64,000 nucleotides of DNA from an uncultured virus (IMG/VR IMGVR_UViG_2636415949_000001) (IMGVR_UViG_2636415949_000001); one strand, 5' to 3'; shown: positions 1 through 10,056, counted from the first letter of the stretch. The notes: a model not told the origin generated them from the sequence alone. Made by a program: numbers and translations.

Positions 1-960
1 TTGGTTAGGCGGTCAAATATAATAGCGGCAGTCCCGGATACGGACAAGCCTGAAATTGAATTAACCGATTTTGAAACGGCATACAACGCATTCATACGAG
101 AATGTAAAATTAAGAATCTTTCGGAACATACGCTTAAGTATTACCGGAACGAACTACTGTCATTTCGCTCGATGCTCGAGCAGCAAGGCGTATCGACTAG
201 ACCTGAAAAAATAACGCTACCGATATTAAAAGAGAACGTTATTGTGTACATGATGGATAAACTCGGAAGGAAAGAGACATCGATCAATACAAGGCTTCGC
301 GCTATTAGGGCGTTCTTTAATTTCCTCGAAAAGAACCGTATGATAGACGATAATCCGGCGAAAGAACTTTCGTTGGTTAAACAGAAGAAAGAGGTAATTG
401 AGACGTTCAGCCGTGAGCAACTTCGGGATATTCTACGACAACCGGATCAGGGAACGTTTACAGGCTTTCGGGATTATACAATCATGTTATTACTCATCGA
501 AACTGGTGTGCGTGTAAGAGAACTGACTGATATAAGCGTCAAAGATATCCGTTGGGAGGATTCGCAAATACTGATTAATGGGAAGGGTTATAAAGAACGT
601 CTTGTACCGATTCAATCGACTGTTAAAACACGGTTAAGAAAGTACGTTCAGATACGCGGAGATGTACCGAATGGCGCTTTATTTGTTACGATAGACAATA
701 CCCCACTAACAACACGACAGGTTCAGAATCGACTTTCTAAGTATGGCCGTATGGCAAATATTAAGAATGTTCGGTGTTCTCCACATACATTCCGACACAC
801 CTTTGCAAAGATGTCTGTTCAAAACGGCGCAGATGTATTCGCACTTCAAGCCGTACTTGGGCATTCAAGTCTTGATATGGTTCGGAATTACGTGAATCTT
901 TTCAGCAGTGATGTTATGGATGCGCATAAAAAATTCAGTCCAGTAGAAAAGTTATTTTAA
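1..960 (+). CDS. int: Tyrosine recombinase / phage integrase
   Basis: N-terminal core-binding domain plus catalytic motifs TGVRVREL, GKG.KER, HTFRH, LGHS and Y. Confidence 0.93.
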   Translation: MVRRSNIIAAVPDTDKPEIELTDFETAYNAFIRECKIKNLSEHTLKYYRNELLSFRSMLEQQGVSTRPEKITLPILKENVIVYMMDKLGRKETSINTRLRAIRAFFNFLEKNRMIDDNPAKELSLVKQKKEVIETFSREQLRDILRQPDQGTFTGFRDYTIMLLLIETGVRVRELTDISVKDIRWEDSQILINGKGYKERLVPIQSTVKTRLRKYVQIRGDVPNGALFVTIDNTPLTTRQVQNRLSKYGRMANIKNVRCSPHTFRHTFAKMSVQNGADVFALQAVLGHSSLDMVRNYVNLFSSDVMDAHKKFSPVEKLF

Positions 961-990
961 CCTCGTCTTTTAGGCGGGGTTATTTTTTTT
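959..990 (+). terminator. Intrinsic terminator after integrase
   Basis: AACCTCGTCT-TTT-AGGCGGGGTT hairpin followed by a T-tract. Confidence 0.8.
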
Positions 991-1019
991 GTCCATTTTC
1001 CGGAGAGGATTCGCAGTTA
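991..1019 (+). promoter_or_regulatory. Phage promoter motif A (GTCCwTT-N12-TTCGCAGTTA), copy 1
   Basis: Same bipartite motif with identical spacing at 991, 12129, 26278 and 52990. Confidence 0.8.
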
Positions 1020-1049
1020 TAAATGACGGACGAAAAAGTTTCGTAATAC

Positions 1050-1089
1050 ATGTCGCAAAATTGATGGTAGCCTACCCGTTATAGAAGTG
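1050..1089 (+). promoter_or_regulatory. Phage promoter motif B (ATGTCGCAAAA-N10-CCTACCCGTTATAnAAGTG), copy 1
   Basis: Second copy with identical spacing at 26331. Confidence 0.7.
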
Positions 1090-1148
1090 TAAGGCAAACA
1101 GATGTTAAGCCGGGGAGATAGCGACACACACACAGAGGAGGAATTCGA

Positions 1149-1601
1149 ATGTTACCACAAATGAGAATCAACGGAGCCGCAGCCGAACTTTTCGTAAAGG
1201 GTGATTTACTTATGAAGAATTACGTACCATTTGAACCGGAGATAGACAATACGGAGTGTGATATTGCGGTAATTCAAAACGGAAATCTTGTGCGCATTCA
1301 AGTGAAAAGTGCTCGCTCCGAAGACCTCGAAAAAGTTAAATTCGATCTAACGCGATCAAGTGCAGCCTGTCGTTTCTACACAAAAGACGATTTCGATGTT
1401 TTAGCGTTATATGATTTCGCAACAAATAAGATCGCGTATATTGATTGGCGGAGTATTACACACAAACGAAGCATTACGTTGAGATACACAGATACACCCT
1501 GCAAAAACGGATTCGTTGGAGAAAATGGTCGGCTGTTCTTTGATGATTATCGAGAGCTTCCACAGATTATACGAAGTGTATCGAAGGAGATATCCGCATG
1601 A
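1149..1601 (+). CDS. PD-(D/E)XK endonuclease (group I intron-associated, I-Ssp6803I-like family), free-standing
   Basis: G..AE helix, CDIAV, RIQVKS, YTKDDFD.LALY motifs; GAGGAGG RBS. Confidence 0.75.
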   Translation: MLPQMRINGAAAELFVKGDLLMKNYVPFEPEIDNTECDIAVIQNGNLVRIQVKSARSEDLEKVKFDLTRSSAACRFYTKDDFDVLALYDFATNKIAYIDWRSITHKRSITLRYTDTPCKNGFVGENGRLFFDDYRELPQIIRSVSKEISA

Positions 1602-2047
1602 ATAGCAGAGGAATGATCGGGTACGCATCAGAAAGACTAGTTGAATCAGATCTTCTTTTCCAAGGGATTGTCGTTTTAAATCCAAGCCAGCCAGATTTAG
1701 AGTACGATTTGGTTGCGCAAATTGGGAACGAAAATTTCAAAATACAGGTTAAAACAGGAAAGCGGAAAGATGACAAGGTTCTAGTAGCGGACATTAGAAA
1801 ATCAGCAAGCCCACGTAACCCATATAAAAAACTGCACTATACAAAAGACGATGTAGACATTTTTGCGATTACAGATCCGGAAACGAGAAGGGTAGCCTAT
1901 TATCCTGCGGGCGAAGTCAGTCGAGAAATAACTTTCCGTTTTGAAAAGCGAAAATGCAGAAACGGGTATGCTGAGAGGTTGTTCAATGATTTTACAGATA
2001 TTAAAGCTGCCATAGAAAAACTGTTTTCGCTGCAGAGAATATCCTAG
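1598..2047 (+). CDS. PD-(D/E)XK endonuclease, paralog of the preceding gene
   Basis: G.ASE, YDLV, KIQVKT, YTKDDVDIFAI motifs; ATGA overlap with the upstream gene. Confidence 0.75.
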   Translation: MNSRGMIGYASERLVESDLLFQGIVVLNPSQPDLEYDLVAQIGNENFKIQVKTGKRKDDKVLVADIRKSASPRNPYKKLHYTKDDVDIFAITDPETRRVAYYPAGEVSREITFRFEKRKCRNGYAERLFNDFTDIKAAIEKLFSLQRIS

Positions 2048-2062
2048 ACGGGGTGATAACGA

Positions 2063-2482
2063 ATGACCGACGAACATCAGCGGCTCGTATCCGTCGAATC
2101 TCAATCGGAATACAACGTCACGTCCGGCAAGGCCGAAACGCGCATCTTCGTTAAGATGTACGTCGATGCCGTTAAGAAGGGCCTTATCGCGGACATCGGG
2201 GCGGAGCGTTGGCAGACTCTTTGCGTACTGTCTTCGTTTATGAACGCTAATGGCGAATGCTACCCGACGCAGGATCAGATAGCAGGCGCGCTAAATCTCA
2301 GCCGAGCTGCAGCGAACAGGCGGATCAAAGCGCTGTGCGAATATCGGTGGCAGGAGCGGCCGTTAGTCGTAAAGCAGAAGGCGCGGGATCCGAAGACGCA
2401 GCGATGGGATAACGCGCGATATACGATCATGCCGATCAGTCAGCTCGCGATATTCGATGGAGATACGGAGGAGCTTACGTAG
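2063..2482 (+). CDS. HTH-domain protein, probable phage replication initiator
   Basis: GECYPTQDQIAGALNLSR...RIKAL winged-HTH typical of phage initiators; followed by iteron-like repeats. Confidence 0.65.
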   Translation: MTDEHQRLVSVESQSEYNVTSGKAETRIFVKMYVDAVKKGLIADIGAERWQTLCVLSSFMNANGECYPTQDQIAGALNLSRAAANRRIKALCEYRWQERPLVVKQKARDPKTQRWDNARYTIMPISQLAIFDGDTEELT

Positions 2483-2489
2483 CCATGTG

Positions 2490-2600
2490 ACGCCGAGCCA
2501 TACACGGCGTACCCATACACGGCTCGACTTTACACTAACTAGAACCATCTTTTAACTAGAGCCATTAATAACTAGATAAATAATAGCGCTCAATTAAAAC
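2490..2600. repeat. Iteron-like direct repeats, probable replication origin
   Basis: CCATACACGGC at 2498 and 2513; TAACTAGA at 2536, 2553 and 2569; AT-rich flank. Confidence 0.6.
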
Positions 2601-2867
2601 CTTTTCGCGCAGATACTTATTAAATAATAATTCTATCGCGGTAAGGAACATCCGCAAGAGTGAGCGAAAGCGAACGATTGCTAGGTCTTATTAATAAACG
2701 GAAGGATGTGCGATATGTTACGAAATATGAACTCGCTACAATTTTCGAAGCCTTAATCGATATCAAGCCGGAAACTCGCGCTTTGGTAAAAGAAGAATTG
2801 TCGGTTTCCGTTCCGGAACTACGCGCTAAAGTTTGGCGACTAATTAACGAAGGAGGCGACGCCAACA

Positions 2868-3191
2868 ATGGCGATTGAAATCCCGATCTCACCCGATTAC
2901 AAACTAACGTCCGATACGCTTAACATCATCGTAAATGAACGCTACTTCACCGACCCGACAAAAGCGCCGAACTGGCCGAAGAAGCTTGCGGAGAACCCGA
3001 ACGCTGACCCGACGCCGAAGGAAAAGTGGCGCGAAGTAGCGTACCACTCAACGGTCGAACGCGCGGTACTCGACGTAATGAATCGGCGGCTGCGCGACTC
3101 GGATGCGACATCGCTGGCGGAATTAGCACGATTAATACGAGAGTTTCGCGAGGGAATAGCGGCTTTACTGGCGGTCGAGGGCGATTGGTAG
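2868..3191 (+). CDS. Conserved phage hypothetical protein
   Basis: AAGGAGG RBS, 107 aa ORF in operon. Confidence 0.7.
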   Translation: MAIEIPISPDYKLTSDTLNIIVNERYFTDPTKAPNWPKKLAENPNADPTPKEKWREVAYHSTVERAVLDVMNRRLRDSDATSLAELARLIREFREGIAALLAVEGDW

Positions 3192-3226
3192 GGTCAGCGG
3201 TAAAATAGCGTAGAGGTGGCGAAAAC

Positions 3227-3406
3227 ATGGCTGAAAATGACGTTAATGTTCAAACGCTAAAAGAGGTCGCAGATGTGTACGGTGTTAAGCTTCGCGACGA
3301 AGCTAATCCGAAGGGCTTCATTATCGCATCTAAAGACGGAACCAAGCGCGAATTGACAACGGAAGAGTTCGTAAAATCAATATTACCGGAATGGGAGGGC
3401 AAGTGA
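3227..3406 (+). CDS. Hypothetical protein, 59 aa (MAENDVNVQT...; not in ORF track)
   Basis: GAGGTG RBS; TGATG coupling to the next gene. Confidence 0.6.
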   Translation: MAENDVNVQTLKEVADVYGVKLRDEANPKGFIIASKDGTKRELTTEEFVKSILPEWEGK

Positions 3407-3645
3407 TGACCGAAGAAGTTAAACGATTGCGCTGTGCTGTGGCGGATTTGATTGGCGAGAATGAACGCTTGAAGAATGACATGCCCCGGAATATATTCGC
3501 AATGTCAAATGAATTATGCCGCATCAGACAAGAGCTTATGGATTTGAGCGCGGAGAGGTGGCGGCTGAAATCGGAAAACGAAATGCTTATCGAGGAACTT
3601 CGCGAATTAAAAACCGAATTAAACTCGGTAGAGGAGGACGAATAA
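3406..3645 (+). CDS. Coiled-coil hypothetical protein
   Basis: GGGAGG RBS; stop/start overlaps on both sides. Confidence 0.6.
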   Translation: MTEEVKRLRCAVADLIGENERLKNDMPRNIFAMSNELCRIRQELMDLSAERWRLKSENEMLIEELRELKTELNSVEEDE

Positions 3646-3980
3646 TGAAGCCGACAATCACGAAGGAACAGGCGAAGGAATTAGAAGCGTATCGTCGATC
3701 CGGCGATCTCGATATACAGATCCTTGAGGCGGCTTGTGACGAGGTTATAGGCGGTAAGCTTGCGAAACTAGACCTTCTAACGCTTGCGGCCGCACTGCTC
3801 AACGGATACGAAGTCGAAGCGACGCCGGAAGACCGGGTGCGCGAGTATTACGACGAACTTCAGGAAAAGCAACGGACTTCGCAATCCCGGGGCGTTACGT
3901 TCAGCCTTGAATGCGAAAGGGAAGGCGTTATCAATACGCTCAATTTACTCGGAATCAAAATCGAAGGGGTGAACGCTTGA
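3645..3980 (+). CDS. Hypothetical phage protein (start MKPTITKE)
   Basis: GAGGAGG RBS, TAATG coupling. Confidence 0.65.
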   Translation: MKPTITKEQAKELEAYRRSGDLDIQILEAACDEVIGGKLAKLDLLTLAAALLNGYEVEATPEDRVREYYDELQEKQRTSQSRGVTFSLECEREGVINTLNLLGIKIEGVNA

Positions 3981-4110
3981 TGAAGCGACCAACACCGTAC
4001 GAATTAAACGAATCAATATCGGCGCTAAAGCTCGGCGTACCCGAACACCTTTATCATCACGTTTGGCGCCTTATTTATGAAATCGAAGCATTACATGAGG
4101 AGGCCGGAAG

Positions 4111-4479
4111 ATGACAACGTATGAAACGAAGCCGGTCGCCAAGTGGAACACGCGCGATTTCCAAGCGTATCTCAAAGCGGAGCATGAACGGCTTTACGGC
4201 GTCCCTTACGTTCCGATGCGCGGCTACCAAGCCGAAGCGGGCATGCTCGGACGTTGGGTCGGTACAAAACGAAAACCGGGCTCATACGGGCCGGAGATAA
4301 CGAAGCGATTCATCGATATGTGCTTCGCGGATTATAAGCCGTCCATAGAATGGCCGGGCGTCAGTTTCGGATGGATGCAGACGTATATGGGGCCGAACTT
4401 GCAGCGGGCGTCTAGCGCAGTCCAAGCTGAACAGAAACGGGCCGATCGCAGTGAAGGCGTGGATGATGCGTGGTTTTGA
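4111..4479 (+). CDS. Hypothetical phage protein
   Basis: GAGGAGG RBS, 122 aa. Confidence 0.7.
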   Translation: MTTYETKPVAKWNTRDFQAYLKAEHERLYGVPYVPMRGYQAEAGMLGRWVGTKRKPGSYGPEITKRFIDMCFADYKPSIEWPGVSFGWMQTYMGPNLQRASSAVQAEQKRADRSEGVDDAWF

Positions 4480-4510
4480 CGGAAAATAACGAGGAGGGAT
4501 TGCGGTGGAT

Positions 4511-4675
4511 ATGAGAGTCGTAATTAACGCGATAAACGATTCATATTATGACGAGGATCAGAAAACGATAGCGTTCGAAGTTGAAGACGATGTGATCCGA
4601 ATTGGCGAAGGTTACGATCAGGTTTCTGTGCGGAAAGAGGACTTCGCAAAAGTAGCGGCTATTTTATGCGAGTAA
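4511..4675 (+). CDS. Hypothetical protein, 54 aa (not in ORF track)
   Basis: GAGGAGG upstream; fills an operon gap. Confidence 0.5.
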   Translation: MRVVINAINDSYYDEDQKTIAFEVEDDVIRIGEGYDQVSVRKEDFAKVAAILCE

Positions 4676-4695
4676 ATTACGAGGAGGCTGACGAA

Positions 4696-5394
4696 GTGAA
4701 AATCGATTTGAACGCGATGGGATACGACGAGTTAATCGCTCACGGCGAAGACGTTATGCGGGCGATCAGAATGCGGGCTTATGGCGAAGGGTATCGGCAA
4801 GGCAAGTTCGACGCGGAGATGGATACTACGTACGGTCAGGCTCCGGTTGTAAGCGCCCAAGCCCGCCGGGATGAAATCGTTGAGCAGGCGAAGGCGGACG
4901 TTGAGAAACTGATTGAGGATGCTGGCTCGATATGCCCGGTCTATTACGGTAATTATACGATGCGGGAATGTACAAATCGTGTAGAGTTCGTTGTTAACCG
5001 AGAGAAGCGTACCGTTGTCGCTCTGGTCTTCGGAAAAAGTCAGCGTGTTCGTAGTGAATTACGAGAAAAAGGAATCGCCAAGGCCGCACCGAACGACTGC
5101 TTCAACGTTCATATCGGTAAAGCAGTCGCGCTAAGACGTGCGCTAGGCTTGGCGGTGCCTGACGAATACTTGAACGCTCCGCAGCCGACTGAGGTTCGTG
5201 TGGGCGACGTTGTTCGCGGAAAGTACGAAGAGAGCTATTACCAGTATGAAGGTAGACTTTTCGGCAACAGTTACGAAGACCAGATAAAAGAAATTGCGGA
5301 TGGTAAATACCGATATGTCGGCGGAGGGTACGATTTTATAGATGACGCTGACCTAACGATTATCGACGACTCACGCGAAGAGGTGGGCGAATGA
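4696..5394 (+). CDS. Hypothetical phage protein
   Basis: GAGGAGG RBS before GTG at 4696; motif GIAKAAPNDCFNVHIGKAVAL. Confidence 0.7.
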   Translation: MKIDLNAMGYDELIAHGEDVMRAIRMRAYGEGYRQGKFDAEMDTTYGQAPVVSAQARRDEIVEQAKADVEKLIEDAGSICPVYYGNYTMRECTNRVEFVVNREKRTVVALVFGKSQRVRSELREKGIAKAAPNDCFNVHIGKAVALRRALGLAVPDEYLNAPQPTEVRVGDVVRGKYEESYYQYEGRLFGNSYEDQIKEIADGKYRYVGGGYDFIDDADLTIIDDSREEVGE

Positions 5395-5732
5395 ACGTAA
5401 AATATACGATGAGTCAGGCGGAAATCGTCGAAGCTATAGTCGAGTGGCTAAATCGAAAGGGCTACACGGCTACTGGCGGAAAATTCATATGTAACTCGTG
5501 GGATCAGAAGGTTAGAGCGGAGTTTACCCTGCGAAAGAATTAACGAAAGGGGGCGCGTAAGTGACGTACCATAAACGCTTGAAAACAACGGTGTTTAAAA
5601 AGTATAGCGGGTATGATTGGACTTACGACGCAATGTATCCGGAGCCTCGAGTGAAGGGCGCAGATAAGCGGATGCGCACGAAGAATGAAAGGACGATAAG
5701 AAAACGAATTGATCGAAAGGAGGTCCGCGAAT

Positions 5733-6515
5733 ATGACTAACGAAAACAATTGCGTACTTGCTAACGGATGCATGGGGGCAGGTACGGCGGCTTGTACGAA
5801 ACACTGTACGGCTTTCATTCAGATGCACGGCGTAAGCGGAAACGGAGGACGTTCGGCGGCGGCAGGGCTTCCGCGTGAGTACCGGCTCGTGACGCTACAG
5901 AATTCGCCAGCGCGCGGTGACCAACCGGAGGCTTATAAAGCGGCTTATGTTTACGCGTCTACATTTAATCGTCAATTCGATCAGCAATCCGGTTCGGTAG
6001 CGGCAGCGGATCGCATCAAGTCGCTATACCTCGTAAGCGAATCGCCCGGCACCGGAAAGACGACGACGGCCGCCGCACTTCTTAACGAATGGCTGCGCGT
6101 CCATTATAGCGGATCATTGCGGCGCGGACTCGAACCGTTACAGCGGCCAGCGTACTTCCTCGACGTAAATGCGTGGCAGAACGACTATAACGAATTCAAC
6201 CGTCCACGTGTTCCGGATTCCGTTGCAGAGCCGGCGGCCGCCCGGTATTATCGTGCGCTTGAGGCCGCAAAGAAGGCGCCATTTGCCGTGCTGGACGATA
6301 TAGGGGTTCGCGATGCAACGGACGGCTTCCGCGGCGATTTGCATACCGTTATTAACGCAAGAATAACGAATCAGCTACCGACGATCTACACGAGCAACAT
6401 TGCGCTCGATCAGCTTTGGCAAGTATTCGGTGAGCGACGTCTTGCCGATCGGGTGGGCGACCTATGCCGCGAGATTGAATTCGTAGGCGAATCGAAAAGG
6501 GGGATGCGTAGATGA
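5733..6515 (+). CDS. DnaC/IstB-like AAA+ helicase loader
   Basis: Walker A PGTGKTT, Walker B VLDDIG, PTIYTSN, R.ADR; N-terminal Cys cluster. Confidence 0.85.
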   Translation: MTNENNCVLANGCMGAGTAACTKHCTAFIQMHGVSGNGGRSAAAGLPREYRLVTLQNSPARGDQPEAYKAAYVYASTFNRQFDQQSGSVAAADRIKSLYLVSESPGTGKTTTAAALLNEWLRVHYSGSLRRGLEPLQRPAYFLDVNAWQNDYNEFNRPRVPDSVAEPAAARYYRALEAAKKAPFAVLDDIGVRDATDGFRGDLHTVINARITNQLPTIYTSNIALDQLWQVFGERRLADRVGDLCREIEFVGESKRGMRR

Positions 6516-7039
6516 AAACGGAATTCACCTTCGGAGATATCGTCTCGGTTGCCGGGTACGAAAATCGGATATTCTACGTCGAGGCTTGGCGCGAAGTAAA
6601 GGAAACCGATGAGTGGGGCGTAAGTGAATACGTCGAGTTCGAGCTGACCGACGCCATAAACGGTGAATTCCTCGACGCGTTCGAAACGGATCTGCGGCTA
6701 GTATGTCGGAAACAGTTCGCGGAAGATTACCTTTTAGAGTACGACGAGACGAATTATCCGGAGCCGCCGGGCGCGGCGTTTCACTTTACGGATGATTATT
6801 CTTTCGGAATAGGTTACGCGAAAAAGGAGGCGGTGGGGATGACGAAAGGGCCGAAGGAAACGCCGAAGACGGCGCGGGTATTAAGTGCGCAGGAAGTTGC
6901 GAAACGCAAACGGAAGACTGACGAGTTGCTGGACGAATACAACGATAACATGCGCCTATACGAGACGTTTGGGGATGCAGAGTATAAAGCGAAGGCTGAC
7001 GGTGTAATGGCGAAATTGAGACGGGAGGCCGGCGAATGA
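6512..7039 (+). CDS. Hypothetical phage protein
   Basis: ATGA-coupled ORF, 175 aa. Confidence 0.7.
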   Translation: MKTEFTFGDIVSVAGYENRIFYVEAWREVKETDEWGVSEYVEFELTDAINGEFLDAFETDLRLVCRKQFAEDYLLEYDETNYPEPPGAAFHFTDDYSFGIGYAKKEAVGMTKGPKETPKTARVLSAQEVAKRKRKTDELLDEYNDNMRLYETFGDAEYKAKADGVMAKLRREAGE

Positions 7040-7260
7040 AGCGCAGAATTAGGTACGTTTATACGGATGAAGAGTGGGCTAAACAGGTACGCATAGAAAA
7101 CGTGATCTTCTTCGTCCTATCTCCGATATACTTACCACTAGTCGCGATTTACTATATCGGGGAAGGCGCTTTATATACGGCGGAGGGGATTGCGTTAGGA
7201 GTAAGAGCATTAGTTAAACGGATTTTCTTTCGAAAAAACCGGAAGGAGGCGAGCGAATGA
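7036..7260 (+). CDS. Small membrane protein
   Basis: Hydrophobic segment VIFFVLSPIYLPLVAIYYI; GGGAGG RBS. Confidence 0.6.
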   Translation: MKRRIRYVYTDEEWAKQVRIENVIFFVLSPIYLPLVAIYYIGEGALYTAEGIALGVRALVKRIFFRKNRKEASE

Positions 7261-7511
7261 ATGCGAAGGAAGCTTCCGAGAAAGCGTCCAATGAGCGGGC
7301 TATAATCAACCGAGATACTCGGACAGAGATTTATAAAACAATTAATCGTTTATCTGGAAAGGGGCGTTACCAATGTTATAAAAACATCTCGCATCTTTAT
7401 AAAGATGAAGTAAAGACTCTCATAAAAGAATTGCGGGCTTTAGGCTATAAAGTACGCCGAGACTCTTTTAACACAATTTATATTCGATGGGAAAGGAAGG
7501 AGCGCTCATGA
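7257..7511 (+). CDS. Hypothetical basic protein
   Basis: AAGGAGG RBS, coupled ORF. Confidence 0.6.
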   Translation: MNAKEASEKASNERAIINRDTRTEIYKTINRLSGKGRYQCYKNISHLYKDEVKTLIKELRALGYKVRRDSFNTIYIRWERKERS

Positions 7512-8926
7512 ACTACGGAACTCTACTAATATCGAAGGCCATCGAGGCGAACGATCCGAACGCCCTGCTGCGCTTCAATGTTTCAGAAGCCGACTTCCAA
7601 ACGCAGGGTGAGCGCAAGGCCTTCCGGTACGTTATGGATTACGCGGAGAAACACCGAGGCCAAGCGCCGACGGCTGAAATGCTTGCGAATGAGGTTCCGG
7701 ACTTCCAGCCGGATTTTAACATCGAAGCCAGCTACGATTACCTTGCGAAAAATCTCAAGGATCGGGCGGCCGAGCGCGAATTTATCGAGCTGATGAACGG
7801 CCGTATTGATCCGGAAACCGATCGCCAAGTTCAGGAGCCGCAGCTCGAAAAACGATTTATTGAAGCGCAAAAAAGCGGAGATATGGGAAAATTCTTCGAG
7901 TGGTTGACGGGGCAGGCCGAAAGTCTTAAAATGAGAACAAACGTTCGAAACTCGGTGGGTACGGATATCAAGCGTGACATCGACAAATTTAAAACGGAAT
8001 ATGAAAACCGTAAGGCCGGCGAGTCCTTCCGGATCTGGCGCAGCAAATTCGATTTTATTAACCGGGCGATGGGCGGTTACGTTTCATCGAACGTGTACGT
8101 GATCTACGGAAAGTCGGGACGGGGGAAATCGGCCATAGCGTTAGAGGAAGTCATTAACTGCGCGATGCAGGGGGCGAACGTTCTGATTTGGTCGATGGAA
8201 ATGGGCTGGTACGAAGTGCTGGTGCGCTTATATGTATCTATTTCAGGAGAATTCGGCATCGACAATAATCCGTTAGAAGGCGTCAATATGGAACGTGATA
8301 TCGGTTATTTAGGACCGGGCGGATTCAATTCGCGTGATGTACGTCAGGGCAAACTATCCGATGAGTTCGAGGCGGGTTTTATGGAATTCCTCGATCGGCT
8401 CAACGAAATCCTTCCGGGTAATATTACGGTGAGAGCCGTCGACGATGAAGATTTCGTCTCTCGTACATTGCGCGATCTAAAATCGGACATTATCGAAACG
8501 AAGGCTGACGTCGTTCTCGTAGATCCGTTTTATTACCTCGATTACGAAGCCAACACGTCAAAGACTGCGGGCGGGGATGCGGCTAATACTTCGCAAAAAT
8601 TGCGCCGTCTTGCCGGGCATACGAAAGCGACTATCTTTGCGCTGACACAGGCGGATGAGGATGACGAAAAGGCGTGCGACGACGGAGAGCGAGAACTGAG
8701 TTTACCGCAACGTAAAGGCGTCAAGAAAACGAAAGCCCTGCTCGAAGATGCTGCGTTATTGATTGCGGTCGATACGAACGCGAAAGAAGGACGCGGCTTG
8801 ATCGGATTGAATAAAGGGCGCGACGGCGGCGAAGGGGAAGTCGCAGAGATTATCTATCTGCCGCAAATCGGCGTAGTGAAACAGCCGGAAACGGGCGCCG
8901 GAGCTGCGGACGTGTTTGAGTTTTAG
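7508..8926 (+). CDS. DnaB-like replicative helicase
   Basis: GKSGRGKS Walker A, WSMEMG, VVLVD, ALTQA, NKGRDG motifs. Confidence 0.9.
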   Translation: MNYGTLLISKAIEANDPNALLRFNVSEADFQTQGERKAFRYVMDYAEKHRGQAPTAEMLANEVPDFQPDFNIEASYDYLAKNLKDRAAEREFIELMNGRIDPETDRQVQEPQLEKRFIEAQKSGDMGKFFEWLTGQAESLKMRTNVRNSVGTDIKRDIDKFKTEYENRKAGESFRIWRSKFDFINRAMGGYVSSNVYVIYGKSGRGKSAIALEEVINCAMQGANVLIWSMEMGWYEVLVRLYVSISGEFGIDNNPLEGVNMERDIGYLGPGGFNSRDVRQGKLSDEFEAGFMEFLDRLNEILPGNITVRAVDDEDFVSRTLRDLKSDIIETKADVVLVDPFYYLDYEANTSKTAGGDAANTSQKLRRLAGHTKATIFALTQADEDDEKACDDGERELSLPQRKGVKKTKALLEDAALLIAVDTNAKEGRGLIGLNKGRDGGEGEVAEIIYLPQIGVVKQPETGAGAADVFEF

Positions 8927-9060
8927 AACGATTGGAATTTAACGGATGATATTGTCAACAATTACATCTAAATTTTTGAATATTTTCGACAAATTGCGAC
9001 TGTAATTCTCGTAACAATGTCGTAATATAATTTACAAGTCTCGAAAGGAAGTGTCTCGAA

Positions 9061-10056
9061 TTGCCGATATTAACTTTAAATGGACGTTTTGTGGACGTCG
9101 ACATTCGGTATGAGCTCGAACAATTCGACTGGACCCGGCCGACATGGGGCGATGAACGCCTGCTGGCCGCCAGTCCATTCAGATACGATCGGACTCCGAG
9201 CTTTTACGTATATCTCGAAGACACAGCGTCGGCAAAAGCCGGCTATTGGGGCGACTCGGGCGCCTATGACGAAGAATTTGCGCGGGGCGGGTTCGTTAAA
9301 CTGCTCGCTTTCCTGCGCGGCGAAACCGAAGACGATGCAATCGATTACTTATTGGAAACGTATGCACCGGCGGCTGAAGGTGGACGTATGGCGCTGCGGC
9401 TCCCGAAATTAAAAGCCGTCACGAAGCCGGAGCCTTTAGCGGAATCGGTCCTCGCGGACACGGCGCCAGGGGCTAACGCTTACCTGACGGGCCGGGGCAT
9501 CGCACCCGCGGTACAAGAAGAGGCCGGCGTATCACTTGCCGGTAACGCAGTCGCGATCCCTTGGCGGCTTCCTAACGGCCGGCTGGCAAACGTTAAGTAT
9601 AGGGCAACGAAGGGGAAGGCGTTCTGGTACGTAAAAGGCGGCTTGCCTATCCGGTATTTAGTTTACGGAATGGATCTCGTATATGCGCAGCGGATTAAAA
9701 GCGCGGTGATATGCGAGGCGGAAATCGATGCTATGGCGTGGCGGTCTGCGGGCGTACCGGCGATCGGAACCGGAGGCAGCACATTTAATTTACAGAAGGC
9801 GGACATAATTGCGCAGTCACCTATCGAATATTTAACGGTAGTTACAGATAACGACAAAGCTGGCGAAAAGTTACGGCGGGAGATTGAGCGTTATTTGAGC
9901 GGAAAGGTGCGGCTTGCGCACGGTTATATTACGGAGGTGAAAGACGCTGATGAACTACTTATAAAGCGCGGTACAGAAGCGTTGCGAGACGTGTATGATC
10001 GTGCGGAGATCGTAAGAAATACTTTACGTTTAGGTTCGGGAATTCCCGTACTTTAG
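9061..10056 (+). CDS. DNA primase (TOPRIM)
   Basis: NVKYR, ICEAEIDAM, TDNDKAG, KDADE motifs. Confidence 0.88.
   Translation: MPILTLNGRFVDVDIRYELEQFDWTRPTWGDERLLAASPFRYDRTPSFYVYLEDTASAKAGYWGDSGAYDEEFARGGFVKLLAFLRGETEDDAIDYLLETYAPAAEGGRMALRLPKLKAVTKPEPLAESVLADTAPGANAYLTGRGIAPAVQEEAGVSLAGNAVAIPWRLPNGRLANVKYRATKGKAFWYVKGGLPIRYLVYGMDLVYAQRIKSAVICEAEIDAMAWRSAGVPAIGTGGSTFNLQKADIIAQSPIEYLTVVTDNDKAGEKLRREIERYLSGKVRLAHGYITEVKDADELLIKRGTEALRDVYDRAEIVRNTLRLGSGIPVL

Noticed and set aside
2660..2878. 72-aa ORF after the putative origin
   Set aside because: Start and RBS unclear; not supported well enough to call
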